Shown here: in pieces, positions 12,253-23,915 of the stretch
How positions within the stretch are numbered: the first letter of the stretch is position 1
How the letters are laid out: each line of letters opens with the position of its first letter
DNA from: Mobula hypostoma
Lineage: Eukaryota
Direction of reading: 5' to 3'
DNA length: 64,000 nucleotides
Assembly (NCBI RefSeq): GCF_963921235.1
Contig: NC_086097.1
Location: forward strand, 19,656,001 to 19,720,000
Made by a program: the position numbers and the translations under genes
Notes under the pieces: generated by a model
Databases searched by the model: none
Told to the model about the DNA's origin: nothing
Seen by the model: only the letters and a program-made list of their open reading frames with translations

Positions 12253-12476
12253 GAGCAGCATGGATTCGGAAGAGGAGGAGGAGGAGAAGGACTCCAACCA
12301 CACGGCTTTTACACTGGACCAGGTGTCCTTTACCTCCCTGTCCTCTGAGGAGCTGTTGGTGAGGAACTTAACACTGGAGGTCAGCACAGGACACAACCTG
12401 CTGGTCACGGGCAACACAGGCACAGGGAAGACCACCCTGTTACGGGTACTGAACGGATTATGGAAGATTGCCCACG
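12253..12476 (+). CDS. ABCD4: ABCD4 coding exon (exon 12 equivalent, Walker A)
   Basis: ctccag|...TAFTLDQVSF...LLVTGNTGTGKTTLLRVLNGLWKIAH|gtaaga; 224 bp. Confidence 0.93.
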
Positions 12477-12594
12477 GTAAGACTTTCAGATCATTTCATC
12501 CAGGGGATTGTAGCTTTTCCTGTCCACCATCTGTCTCAATGCTCCGAGATTCTATGACTGACTGATCAAGACCAGCCAACCTCCTCAGCTGTGG

Positions 12595-12742
12595 GAAAGA
12601 GGGTTCCAGGCATAGAACCCACAGATCTAGGCTGACCCTCCAGTGCAAAACTGAGGGGAGCTCTGCATTGTCAGCTGCATCCTCTTTCAAATGAGACCTG
12701 CCCCTATCTGCTCTCCCAGGTGTACATGGGTCCAATGGCACC
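12595..12742 (+). mobile_element. Old Deu-domain SINE fragment (SacSINE/AmnSINE-like)
   Basis: ATCTAGGCTGACCCTCCAGTGCAAAACTGAGGGGAGCTCTGCATTGTC...TTTCAAATGAGAC resembles the Deu domain from memory; not aligned. Confidence 0.5.
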
Positions 12743-13107
12743 TGCCCCTGTCTGCTCTCCCAGGGTACATGGGTCATACTTGGTGGACTGAATGGCCTAA
12801 TTCTGCTCTTATGTCTTATGGTAATATTACAACAGAGACTGTACTTCAGAAGTGTCTCAGCAGTTTAAAGGAGCTGGAGATCTGCCGAAGGAGGAATGAA
12901 AGGTTCCATAGAAATGCAAAACTGTCCAACACACTTAATTGAATTGAATTGACCTCATTTCTTACATCTTTCACATACATGAGGAGTAAAAATCTTTACG
13001 TTATGTCTCCGTCTAAATGTGCAATCATAGTAATTTATAATAATTTATAATAGAAGAGTCAATGTAAAATACAATACACTCAAATCAGCGTGAGTTCACC
13101 AGTCTCA

Positions 13108-13328
13108 TTAATGCTGGAGGAACTCAGTAGGTCATCCATGGAAGTTAATAAAAAGTTGACGTTTCGGGCTGAGTTCCTTGGTCCTGAAGAAGGGTCTCGG
13201 CTGGAAATGTTGACTGTTTATTTATTTACATTGATGCTGCCTGTCCTGCTGAGTTCCTTCAGCATTTTGTGTGTGTGTGTGTATGTGTGTTGCTTGGATT
13301 GCCAGCAATTGCAGACTTTCTCGTGTTT
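13108..13328. mobile_element. Older palindromic Penelope pseudo-LTR with decayed hammerhead (13181-13214)
   Basis: GTC-CTGAAGA-...-GAAATGTT-GAC with imperfect inverted arms. Confidence 0.7.
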
Positions 13329-14336
13329 ATGCAAATCCATCCATTCCTATGATCTTGAGTGTGGACTATGGTCTCTTGGAGTCACAGCATGAAAATAGGC
13401 TCTTCGACCCAACTGGTTCATACTGACCAAATATATAACTATATAACCATATAACAATTACAGCATGGAAACAGGCCATCTCGGCCCTTCTAGTCCGTGC
13501 CGAACTCTTACTCTCAGCTAGTCCCACCGATGGTAAAGATGTTTTAGGAAATAAATTCCTTATTTTTGAACCTTGACAGCTGTAACCTTAAAAGGCTGGT
13601 TGATTGGCTGGAAGGTACACGATACCACTAGTAAACAGGAGCAGGGGTAGGCCTTCTGCCCTACCTGAATTCCTAAATCATTCAAAATCATTATGGCTGT
13701 TTTATTTTGGCCTCACCTCCTCTTCTGTGTCATTTCTCCATACCCCTCTATTTCTAGATCTCTCAAATATGTATCGAGCTCCTTTAAATACTTAGAAAGT
13801 AGAACACAGGGCCTGTAACGTTACAGCAGAGGTTTCGGGCCTTCGGTTCATGAAGTCTGTGTTGACTGTGGTGCCAAATAAAACTAAAACTGTCCACCTG
13901 CACATGATCTAAGTCCCTCTTTTCCTTGCCTGTTCATGTGCTTCTTAAACATTGCTACCATATCTGCTTCTGCTCCTTTCCCTGGCAGTGTATTTGAGAT
14001 TTCTGTCCTGGAGAGTAAATACTTCATCTGCGCTGTCTGTGCCTTTCATCCCGCTATCCGCCCCCCTATAGATGGGCACCCCATTGCGAGGGATTAAGTG
14101 AGGAAAAGTGAGAAAAATGATAATGCCTATACCGCTCAGTAGCAGTCAAATGCCCAGTGCACCCGTTTAGACTGCTGCAGGGGGCAGTTTCCCTCCCTGG
14201 GCCTTCATGGTTGGCTGATGTCAAGGGCAGTGGACTGTGAATCTCCTCTCCTCACGATGAAGCTGCTGGGACACTGGCTTCATCAGCAGAGGATGCACCT
14301 GTGGCTTCCCTGGGTCCCTCAACAGCTCTCTGGCAT

Positions 14337-14690
14337 ATATGATCAGATTAGATATGGCAAAGTTATTTCCCACGGTAGGGGACTCTAGGACAAGAGGGCA
14401 CGACTTCAGGATTGAAGGACGTCCTTTTAGAACTGAGATGCGGAGAAATTACTTTAGTCAGAGGGTGGTAAATCTGTGGAATTTGTTGCCACGAGCTGCT
14501 GTGGAGGCCAAGTCATTGGGTGCATTTAAGGCAGAGATAGGTTCTTGATTAGCAAAGGCATCAAAGGGTATGGGGTGAAAGCAGGAGAGTGGGGATGACT
14601 GAATGAAGTGGATCAGCCCATGATTAAATGGCGGAGCAGACTTGATGGGCCGAATGGCCTACTTCTACTCCTAAATCTTATGGTCTTATA
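14337..14690 (+). mobile_element. CR1-type LINE 3' end
   Basis: ORF 14339-14548 LFPTVGDSRTRGHDFRIEGRPFRTEMRRNYFSQRVVNLWN. Confidence 0.8.
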
Positions 14691-15122
14691 TTTTTGGTGT
14701 TTTTCCTTTATTGATTTCTGTAAATTATGTGTGTTTGGAGTGGCTATATCTCTTAAGTAAGTTGTTTTTGCTTGTTTACCCTGTAATATTATATCCGAAC
14801 AGTTATAATGGATTGTCCTATATGTAATAATGGATCAGTTGTAATATAATCTGTGGTAATCTGACTCTAAAACTGGATCAGGCTTTATTTATAGTAAGGT
14901 ATAGTGTCTTTTATGAGATTGTATATTAAAGCAAGCTTTTGTTGAATGATGTTTGCCACTTGATTGTGCCTGTGTAAGTCATCAGATTGAGTTGAACTGC
15001 TACAGGATCCTCTGATGTGTTGGATTGTTTCTGGTTTCTCTTGGCATTTTCTGCATTTATTGTCTTGAATTTGTTGGTCTTTTGTTATGTATTTTTGATG
15101 ATGATAATTATAATTATTATTA
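14691..15122 (-). mobile_element. R4/Dong-like non-LTR fragment (restriction-like endonuclease clade)
   Basis: KCRKCQEKPETIQHIRGSC...HRHNQV CCHC knuckle and RHN motif. Confidence 0.7.
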
Positions 15123-15601
15123 CTTGCCATCTCCTGCTCCACCACTTTTCTCCACCTGTATGTGCTACATTATTCCTTGTGCCTGTGATACTGCAGTAAG
15201 TATGTTTTTCATTGCACCTGTACATGTACCATATATATGACAATAACTGTGGCTTTGGCTGTGACTCTTTATACTGGCTATCTCCCCTCTAGTTTTCTCG
15301 TTCAGATGAAGTCACTGAACCTCGAAGAGACATCGATTGTCCATTTCTCTCCATTGATGTTACCTGACGTACTGAGTTTCTCCAGCATTTTGTGTGTTGC
15401 TCCAGATTCAAGCCTCTGCAGTCTCCTGTGTCTGCAGAAGTGCGTCACACAGCTCCTCGAGTCAGCTCCGCCAGCCTGTGTGACCGGGCCTCACCCACGC
15501 TCCCCATATCTGATCCTCGTGCCACAGGAAAGCCTTTAAGTAGTTGGTGGGTGTTGAGCAAGAGATGAGACCTCTCTGATGTGTTCTCTCTTCACCTGCA
15601 G

Positions 15602-15693
15602 GCTCTGTCCACATGGCAACTTGCTTTGGGCCCCGTGGGATACTCTTTCTCCCCCAGAAGTCATACTTCACTGATGGAACCCTCAGGGAGCAG
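15602..15693 (+). CDS. ABCD4: ABCD4 coding exon (exon 13 equivalent, Q-loop)
   Basis: ctgcag|(G)[30 protein letters not shown]|gtaaat; 92 bp. Confidence 0.94.
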
Positions 15694-18060
15694 GTAAATG
15701 TGGGGAGGACACGGCAGCAATCGGTCCAGGGTGGGTAAGTGGGAGGGGGGTGATGGATGGATCAAGGAATTAGCTTTTTTCATCATGTACATTAATACGT
15801 ATTATGAATTTGCTGTGGTGTATTGGTCTGGATGTGACATGTCAACAATTACAAAGAATTGTATAAGAAATACATAATTATGTGTGTGTGTGTGTATATT
15901 ATTTATTTTAGAGGTTAAAAGATGGGTATGGAATAAAACGTGCATCAATAAAAGCCAGTATATATTTACAATAAAACATTATAAAAAGCAGATTAAAGAG
16001 TCTACAGTGCAGCAATGGGGGTAATAAAGGGGGTGGGGGAGCACTAACTAGAATGGTTGATCAGAATATATGCCTGGGGGATATGAAACTTTTAAGATGG
16101 TGTGAAGTTTTGGCGGGTGGTAGGATGAGGAGAGCAGACAGAGACCTCGAGAGGCTCTTGACGTTGCTCAAGGCAGGGGCAACAGTGGTGGGTGATGGGT
16201 GAGGTGGCCTGGATCACTTTCGCCTTTCTCTCACTCCCTCCATTTCCTCCTACAGTGAGGAAGGTGGGGGGGGGTAAGTGGGCAGACCAGGGGGCAATAG
16301 CGTTGCCAAGGAATGCTGGCCATTGGAAGGCGGAGGCAGGAGGGAGCACTGGGAGGGTGGGGGAGAGGAGGGCAGAGGCACAGAATGGAGGGGGGGGTGA
16401 ACAGAGAGAGGATGTTTCCAATAGTGGGAGAATCTTCAGACCAGAGGGCATGGCCTCAGAAGACAAGGACATCCCTTTAGAATAGAGAGGAATTTCTTTA
16501 ACCAGAGGGTGGTGCATCTGTGGAATTCCTTGCCACAGAATGAAAGACGTTCATCAAACTATGCGAGGCTCAGATTGGGGAGATGGTCAGAATCTTTTTC
16601 CCAGGGTAAGCAATGTCAAATACCAGAAGGCATGCAGAAAGACTAGAATAGCTAGAAGCAGGATACTAGTAGGACTTCCCTATAAAACAGAGATGAGGAA
16701 GAATTTCTTTGAGCGGAAGGTGGTGAATCTGGAATTCTTTGCAACGGAGGGCTGTGCAGGCCGAATCATTGGGTACATTAAAAGTGGAGGTTGATAGGTT
16801 CTTGATTAGTCAGGGCATCAAAGGTTACCGGAGAAGGCAGGAGAATGGGGTTGAGAGGGATAGTAAATCTGCCATGATCAAATGCTGGAGCAGACTCATT
16901 GGGCTGAATGGTCTATTTCTGCTCCTATGTCTTGTGGAAGAAGAGACCTCTGGGTAAAGCCAGTGGGAGTACTGGGTGGAGGGGAGAGGGAGCCCACTAG
17001 TAGAGAGGTGTGGAAACCCTATGCTGGCGAGGGCAGGGTCAACTCCAGCTTAAAGTCTGGGCAGTGATTGGGACAGAACACTGGTGGGGAATGTGGGGGA
17101 TTGGGGGGGTGGGCAGGGAGGGAGAGTACATGAGTCCCTGGAATGTCAGTGCTACAACATGCAAATGAGGCCATACGGCCTCTGGAGCTCCCTGCAAAAT
17201 GCCTGCAATTCCAAAATTCAGATAACAGACAGCTGGAGAAACTCAGCAGGTCAGGCAGCATAGAACATCGAACGCTACAACACAGTACAGGCCTGTCGGC
17301 CCACGATGTTATGCCAACCTTTTAACCTACTCTTAAGATCAATCTAACCCATCCCTCTTAGATAGCCCTTAATTTTTCTGTCATCCATGTGCCTATTGAA
17401 GAGTCTCATAAATGTCCCTAATATATCTGCCTCTATCTCCATCCCTCGCCATGCACCCATCGGTCTCTGTGTATCTCCTCCCACCCCCTGTACTTTCCTC
17501 CAATCACCTTAAAGTTATGCCCCCTGATATTAATCATTTTCGCTCTGGCGAAAAGTTACTAGCTATCCACTTGGTCTATGCCTCTTTTCATCTTGTACAC
17601 CTCTGTCACCTCCTATCCTCCTTTGCTCCAAAGAGAAAATCCTAACCTCCTCAAGTTATCTTCATAAGAAATGCTCTCTAATCCAAGCAGCATCCTGGTA
17701 AGTCTCCCCTGCACCTTCTCTAAACCTTTCACATTCTCCCAGAACTGAACATAATACTCCATGTGTGGTCTAACCAGGGACTTGATAGAGCTGCATTGTG
17801 ACTTCCCGGTTCTTTAACTCAATCAACTCGCATAATGAAGTCCAATATGCCATCTCACCCCTCATCTGGATTAAATCCCAGTGTGAATGAAAGGTTTCAG
17901 TCCAAGCATCGACTGTCCATATTCCTCTGCGGATGCTCCTCGACCTGCCGAGTTCCTCCAGCAGTTTGTGTTTTCTTTTGCTCCAGATTCCAGCATCTGC
18001 AGTCTCTTGTATCTCCATTTTGTTTGGTAACAAAGCTAATAATTTTGTCTCTTTGAACAG

Positions 18061-18097
18061 GTGATTTACCCTTTGAAGGAAATTTACCCTGTAACAG
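18061..18097 (+). CDS. ABCD4: ABCD4 coding exon (exon 14 equivalent)
   Basis: gaacag|VIYPLKEIYPVT(G)|gtacca; 37 bp. Confidence 0.92.
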
Positions 18098-18190
18098 GTA
18101 CCAAATTGCCTATCTTTCTATATCCCAAAACAACACTCACAACACGCTGGAGGAACTCAGCAGGTCGGGCAGCATCCGTGGAAAAGATCG

Positions 18191-18224
18191 GTCGACGTTT
18201 CGGGCCGGAACCCTTCGTCAGGAC
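18191..18224 (-). ncRNA. Minimal type-I hammerhead ribozyme
   Basis: Minus strand GTC-CTGACGA-AGGGTTCCGGCCC-GAAA-CG-TC^GAC. Confidence 0.75.
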
Positions 18225-18226
18225 AA

Positions 18227-18260
18227 GTCCTGACGAAGGATTCCGGCCTGAAACGTCGAC
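18227..18260 (+). ncRNA. Minimal type-I hammerhead ribozyme
   Basis: GTC-CTGACGA-AGGATTCCGGCCT-GAAA-CG-TC^GAC; predicted cut after 18257. Confidence 0.75.
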
Positions 18261-18395
18261 CGATCTTTTCCACGGATGCTGCCCGACCTGCTGAGTTCCT
18301 CCAGCGTGTTGTGAGTGTTGCTTTGACCCCAGCATCTGCAGAGTATTTTGTGCTTCCTATAGGGAATTGTGACACTGTTGCATTGTATCTCATAG

Positions 18396-18445
18396 GTTCA
18401 GCAGATGACAAGAGAATCATCCACTTCTTGGAGGTGACTGGATTG
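18396..18445 (+). CDS. ABCD4: ABCD4 coding exon (exon 15 equivalent)
   Basis: tcatag|(G)SADDKRIIHFLEVTGL|gtaagt; 50 bp. Confidence 0.92.
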
Positions 18446-21277
18446 GTAAGTTGAAAATTGGTTTATTGGTGTCACATGTACAAAGTTACAATTGGAAACT
18501 CTCTTGCATGCTGCCCCTACAAATCCTTTACAACATTGATTCGTCGAGAGTACAAGAGTAAAACAATAACAAAATGCAGTATTGTATATAGTGTTACACT
18601 TAGTGTTACATACTGTGTTACAATTACAATGTTACGTATAGTGTTAGTTACAGGGAAAGTACAGTATAGGCAGACAATGTGGAAGAGCCATGGTGAGGCG
18701 GATGGTGAAGTCGAGTCCATCTTATCCGGCTAAAGGTTCATGCAGTAGCCCTCTAACTGTGGGATAGAAACTGTCCATCAGCTTGGTGGTGTGTAATTCG
18801 GGGCTTTTGCATCTTCAGTGATAGAATTGTTTAGGTGAGTGGAAATATCATGGAGATGTAGGTGGTGAGGTCAAAAATCCATCTTGTTGTTCAGGAGGTT
18901 CATTCAGTAGTCCTATTACAGCAGTATAGAAGCTGATCTTGAGCCTAGTGGTGTGTAATTTGGGGATTTTGTATCTCCTGCCCGATGGGAGAGAGAATGG
19001 CTGGGAAGAGAGGTGTCTTTGATTCTGTTGCCTGCTTTGCCGAGGTAGTGAAGTGCAGAGTCCATGGGGATTTCCCTTCAGTAAAGGTGGGGGTGGGAAC
19101 TGTCCCTGTGTTTTGCCTCTCAGTCCTTATGATCTGGTCCAGTCCTGACCCCTGCTGCTGTCTGTGCAGGTTACAAGTTCTCTCATTGACAGGCTGGGTT
19201 TCCCCTGGGTGCCCTGGCTTTCTCCCACATCCCAAAGATGTGATGGGCTCATTTTCCAGGGTGGGTAAATGTCAAAGAGACAATGAGTGCAAGAGCGAAT
19301 ACATTGGAGGTACAGAGAAATTAGAGAGGGAATGGGGTTAATGGGATTGTTCTGCTGGGAACCTGTATAGATCAGATGGGCTGAGTGGCCTGCTTCTGTG
19401 CCATACTGAATAAGTACTTACCCCTTAATCAGAAAAACATATTATGCAGTTATTACACTGTTATGGAATCTTGCTGTGTGCAATTTGGCCGCTAACAAAA
19501 GCATCTCGTTGAATCAGAATCAGGTTTGATATCACTGGCATAATTCGTGAAATTTTTTGTCTTTCTGGCAGCAGTGTACTGCAATACATAATAATAGAAA
19601 AACATGAATTACGTTAAGTATATTTTTATTAAATAGTTAAATAAAATGGTGCAAGTAAGTAATAATGTCTTGAGAGGGATGTTGACAGCTGCTATATGAA
19701 TGCAGGACTACGAAGAGCTCCTTATTGTGTGTTTCCTGTCACTGTGTGTTTGGATGATTTCATTGGTTCATGTCCGACCAATCTGCTTGTCTCTTGATAA
19801 CCTTCTGACATGTGCAACTAAATTCAGGAGAGTCAGTCTAGGGAGCAAAAGCACATCCCAAAAAACTTTACCTGAACTAATCTTGTGTTTATGCATAGAC
19901 ACCTCCAACACCGTGCTCTTCCCTAATCAGTACTTTAGAAGCATAGAAAACCTACAGCACAATACAGGCCCATGGTAAATTGGTGCTTTATTGTCACATG
20001 TACCGAGGTACAGCGAAAAGCTTTGATCCATACAGATCATTTCATCTCATCAACACTTAGAGGAAGTACAAGGGCAAAGCAATAACAATGCAGAATAAAG
20101 TGTTACAGAGAAAGTGTAGGCAGACAATAAGGGCAAGATGTGAAGAGGCAGATTGTAAGGTTTAGAGTCCATCTTATACTACGAGACTGTTCAGTGGTGG
20201 GATGCAAGCTGACTTTGATCCTGGTGGTATGTGCTTTCAGGCTTGGGCATCTTTGTGTTGATCGATATCATTGCGATGTTTTTAAAGTGGTGTAGCTTGT
20301 AGAGCCACTGCCTCATGTGTCCAGTGACCTGAGTTCTATCCCGACCGTCTGTGTGGAGTTTACGTGTTCTCACTCTGACTCCAGGTGCTCCAGTCTCCTC
20401 CCACATTCCAAAGAAGTGCAATTCGGTCGGCTAATTGGCTACTGTAAGTTACCCCTGTTGTGCAGGAGAGTGGTAGAATCTGGGGATAGTTGATGGGAAT
20501 GTGAGGAGAACAAAATGGGATGAATGAGCGCTTGATGGTCAGTTAGTATGGACATGTAGGGCCGAAGGGCTCTTTTCTGTGTTGCTTGGTTCTATGACTC
20601 TCTATTTGATTTGGAAGAGAGTTAATGAAAATAATGTAAACTCTAATCTGTTTCCCATCTCGCCATACGGCAGAAAACAAATTGATTTCAACGAGGCACA
20701 CGGTATGTAAGGACTGTGCAGAATCCCTACATTTGTATAAAACGGTGGTTAGACCACATTTGGAGTGTTACTTGCAATTCTAGTTGTCCCATTGCCAGAA
20801 GAATGAGGAGGCTTTGGAGAGGATGCAGAAGAGATCCACTAGTGTGTCGCGTGGACTAGAGAGTATTGGAAAAGTTGGACTCGGATTGGTTTCTCTGGAA
20901 TATCAGAGGCTGAGGGGTGACCTGAGAGAATTTTATCGGATTATGCAAGGCATCAATAGTTCAAAGTAAATTTATTGTCGAAGTACGTATACGTCACCAT
21001 ATACAGCCCTGAGATTAATTGTCTTTGCTCATACTCAAAAAATGCACAGAATAATAACCATAACAGAATCAATGAAGGAAAGGGTAGATAGTCAGTTTCT
21101 CTTGGTCTGGAAGTTTTATGTACGAGGGAGCACAGCTTTAATGTGTGAGGGGCAGAGCTTGATGCTAATTTGCATGACACTTTTTTTTCCCCACATGCAG
21201 TGGTGGGTGCCTGAAATGTGCTGCCAAGGGCAATGGTGGAAGCAAATGCAATAGCAGAGTTGAAGAACCATTTAGAC

Positions 21278-21357
21278 CAGGGGTTCCCAACCCTTGTTAT
21301 GCCATGGAACCTTACCATTAACCGAATGCTCCGTGCACCCCAGGCTGGAAGCCCTTG
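21278..21357. mobile_element. 80-bp hAT-type MITE
   Basis: CAGGGGTTCCCAAC...GCTGGAAGCCCTTG termini with perfect 8-bp TSD ATTTAGAC; further copies at 21749-21830 and ~31648-31697. Confidence 0.75.
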
Positions 21358-21958
21358 ATTTAGACAGATACATGAACAGGCATGGGATGGAGGATATATA
21401 TACCACCTTCAGATGGGATTAAGGTGGTCAGAACAGACATTGTGGGCTGAGGGGCCTGTTTCTGAAAAATGATAGTATCGATTCATTCGAGGGGGTACAA
21501 TACCGGTTATTGATGCAGATGGAGGAGGAAGAGCAGTGCATGACTTTTCCTTGTTCACGTGGCAGGTGCACACGGCAAGTAAGCATTGCCTATTTTACAG
21601 AGGAACTTACAGCCTTGAACAACCATCAACCATTGGGCTGGCCTGAATTTCAACTCAGCTCCCCAACACTATCAGGGCTATGCCCTATTAGCCACTGTCA
21701 AAATGCCAGGATGCTTTATTTCAAAAATAAGGCAAGGTTTGAACTAGGCAAGGGTTCCCAACCTTTTTTTAATGCTGTGGACTCCTACCATTAACTGAGG
21801 GGTCCACGGACCCCAAGTTGGGAAACTCTGCTCTAAGGGAACAATCCCTCCCACCCCTTTAAACTTGGACTTCTCCCCCGGTTTTAAATGAGGCTTCAAT
21901 AAGCGACTGCAGGCACACTTATGCTTTTGGCAAATAACTGATATGGGTTCCCTTTAAG

Positions 21959-22011
21959 GAGTCCCTCCTGAAGAGGACCGGTGGGCTGGATGAGCAAGTC
22001 GATTGGAATTG
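21959..22011 (+). CDS. ABCD4: ABCD4 coding exon (exon 16 equivalent)
   Basis: tttaag|ESLLKRTGGLDEQVDWN(W)|gtgagt; 53 bp. Confidence 0.93.
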
Positions 22012-23282
22012 GTGAGTCACTCTTATTCTGCTCGAAGAGCTTTGGGTGTTGTTTATAACTTGTAGTTTGTGAAAATAATCAGCAGTGCCCACAGTTTTTA
22101 TCTGGCCACAAGCACGTGTACTGTACTCGCCCGCAACATACGCGTGGGCGTAGGCTCTGTGAGTGACTTTAGTGACTTTGGCCCCAAGGTGGCTCAGCAG
22201 ATTACAGCTTCGGATACTTGGTGTTAGACTGTTGCTTGCATAAGAGTTCCTCCCATGTGGTGCAGTCTGCCAGCTGGAGCCTGTAGAAAGGGTTGGACAC
22301 CCACTTTATGTGGATAGGACTGAAGGCTGCAGATGGACGTAGATCAATTTTGCTGTCTCCCATCTGCTCACTGTGAGAGTGAGGAAAGACCTCTTGGAGC
22401 CCAGCAGTGACCTGTTGGGGTGAATAACTCTTGTCTGGCACAGATATCTCCTCGGGGCTAATCACAAAGTAGATGATGTAACCTCCCTGCCGGTCTCCCC
22501 ACTTTGATGAGCCTCTCTCCTGTTCTCTCTGTGACAGACCAGTGCCTCCTAGTCACTGGTTCCAACCTGTAATGTCTCCGTGAAGCTCTCATTTCATTCT
22601 AGAATTAGAGAACTTCAAGGATTCTAATCCTTTAATAGGAAACCTAAGAAACAGGAGGAGGCCATCTGGCCTGTTGAGCGGATTCCACTATTCAATAAGA
22701 TCATGGCTGATTTAGCCATTGTCTCAGTTCTACCTACCTGCCTTTTCCCCATAACGCACAATTATCCTGCTATGGAAAAATCTATCACCATGTCCCTCTC
22801 TATCCAGCCCATGTTCTCTTTTCACTGCTGCCATCAGGATGGAGGTACAGGAGCATCAAGTCCTACACCATCAGATTCAGGAATGGTGATTATCCCTCAG
22901 TCTTCAGGCTCTTGAACCAAAAGGGATAAGACCATAACACAAGAGCAGAATTAGCTCATTTGACCTATTGAGTCTGCCCTGCCATTTCATCATGGCTGAT
23001 CCATTTTCCTCTCACACCCAGTCTCTTGACTTCTCCCTGTATCCCTTCATGCCCTGACTAATTGACCTCTGCCATAAATATACTAAAATGACTTGCCCTC
23101 TACAGCCATCTGTGGCAATGAATCCCACAGATTCATCACTCTGGCCAAAGAAATTTCTCCTCACTTCCATTCTTTACTCACTCCAACACTAAACTGATTC
23201 CATCAACCTATGGGCTCACTTTTATGGACTCAACAACTTGTGCTTACTATTTATTGCTTATTTATTATTATTTTTATTTTTT

Positions 23283-23915
23283 ATCAGCTCGAGCTGTTAA
23301 AACCTAAGGTACGGGCATAGCCAAGTACACTTACTTCTCAATTGCTAGGCTCTTATGGACTATTCTGGTGGTGTTTAGTATTGTTTTCTGAAGATTTACC
23401 TAAATATTGCTCTGTAGCCCTAACTGTTTAATGAAACCATTTGTAGATATTACTGTCCAGTGTATATATACCCTGTTTATGTTCCAAAATCTATCAATTT
23501 CCTCTGTTAACTCAGCATATTTCTTGTGTTTTTCACTTACTGATTTCTGTATGTTGTGTGTGTTTGGAATGGTTATATCTATTAAGTTGTTCTTGCTTAT
23601 TTATCCTGTAATATTATATCTGGACAGTTATTATAGATTGTTCTGTCTGTAATAACATATTGGCTTATAATTTGTGAGATCCTGACTCTAAAACTAGATC
23701 AGGCTTGTGAGGTGTGGTTTCTTTTATAAGTTTGTATTGTAAAGCAATGTTTTGATGAATGATGTTTGCCACTTGATTGTGCCTGTGTAAGTAATCAGAT
23801 TGAGTTAAACTGCTGCAGGATCCTGCGATGTGTTGGATTGTTCCTGGTTTCTTTTTGGAATTTTCTGCATTCATTGTCTTGAATTTGTTTGTCTTTAATT
23901 ATGTACTTTTGATTA
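23283..23915 (-). mobile_element. R4/Dong-like non-LTR 3' fragment
   Basis: TIQHIAGSCSSLTQSDYLHRHNQVANIIHQ and a C-terminal NLQKTILNTTRIV; flanked by TTA-rich sequence. Confidence 0.7.

Larger units (their letters stand above)
18128..18353. mobile_element. Near-perfect palindromic Penelope pseudo-LTR in an ABCD4 intron
   Basis: ~95-bp arms centred at GGAC-AA-GTCC (18221-18230) plus ~30-nt tail. Confidence 0.88.

Noticed and set aside
12167..12565. ORF-track extensions around real exons (also 27053-27295, 50014-50295, 53573-53899, 57356-57661)
   Set aside because: Intronic read-through; only the GT-AG-bounded parts match the proteins
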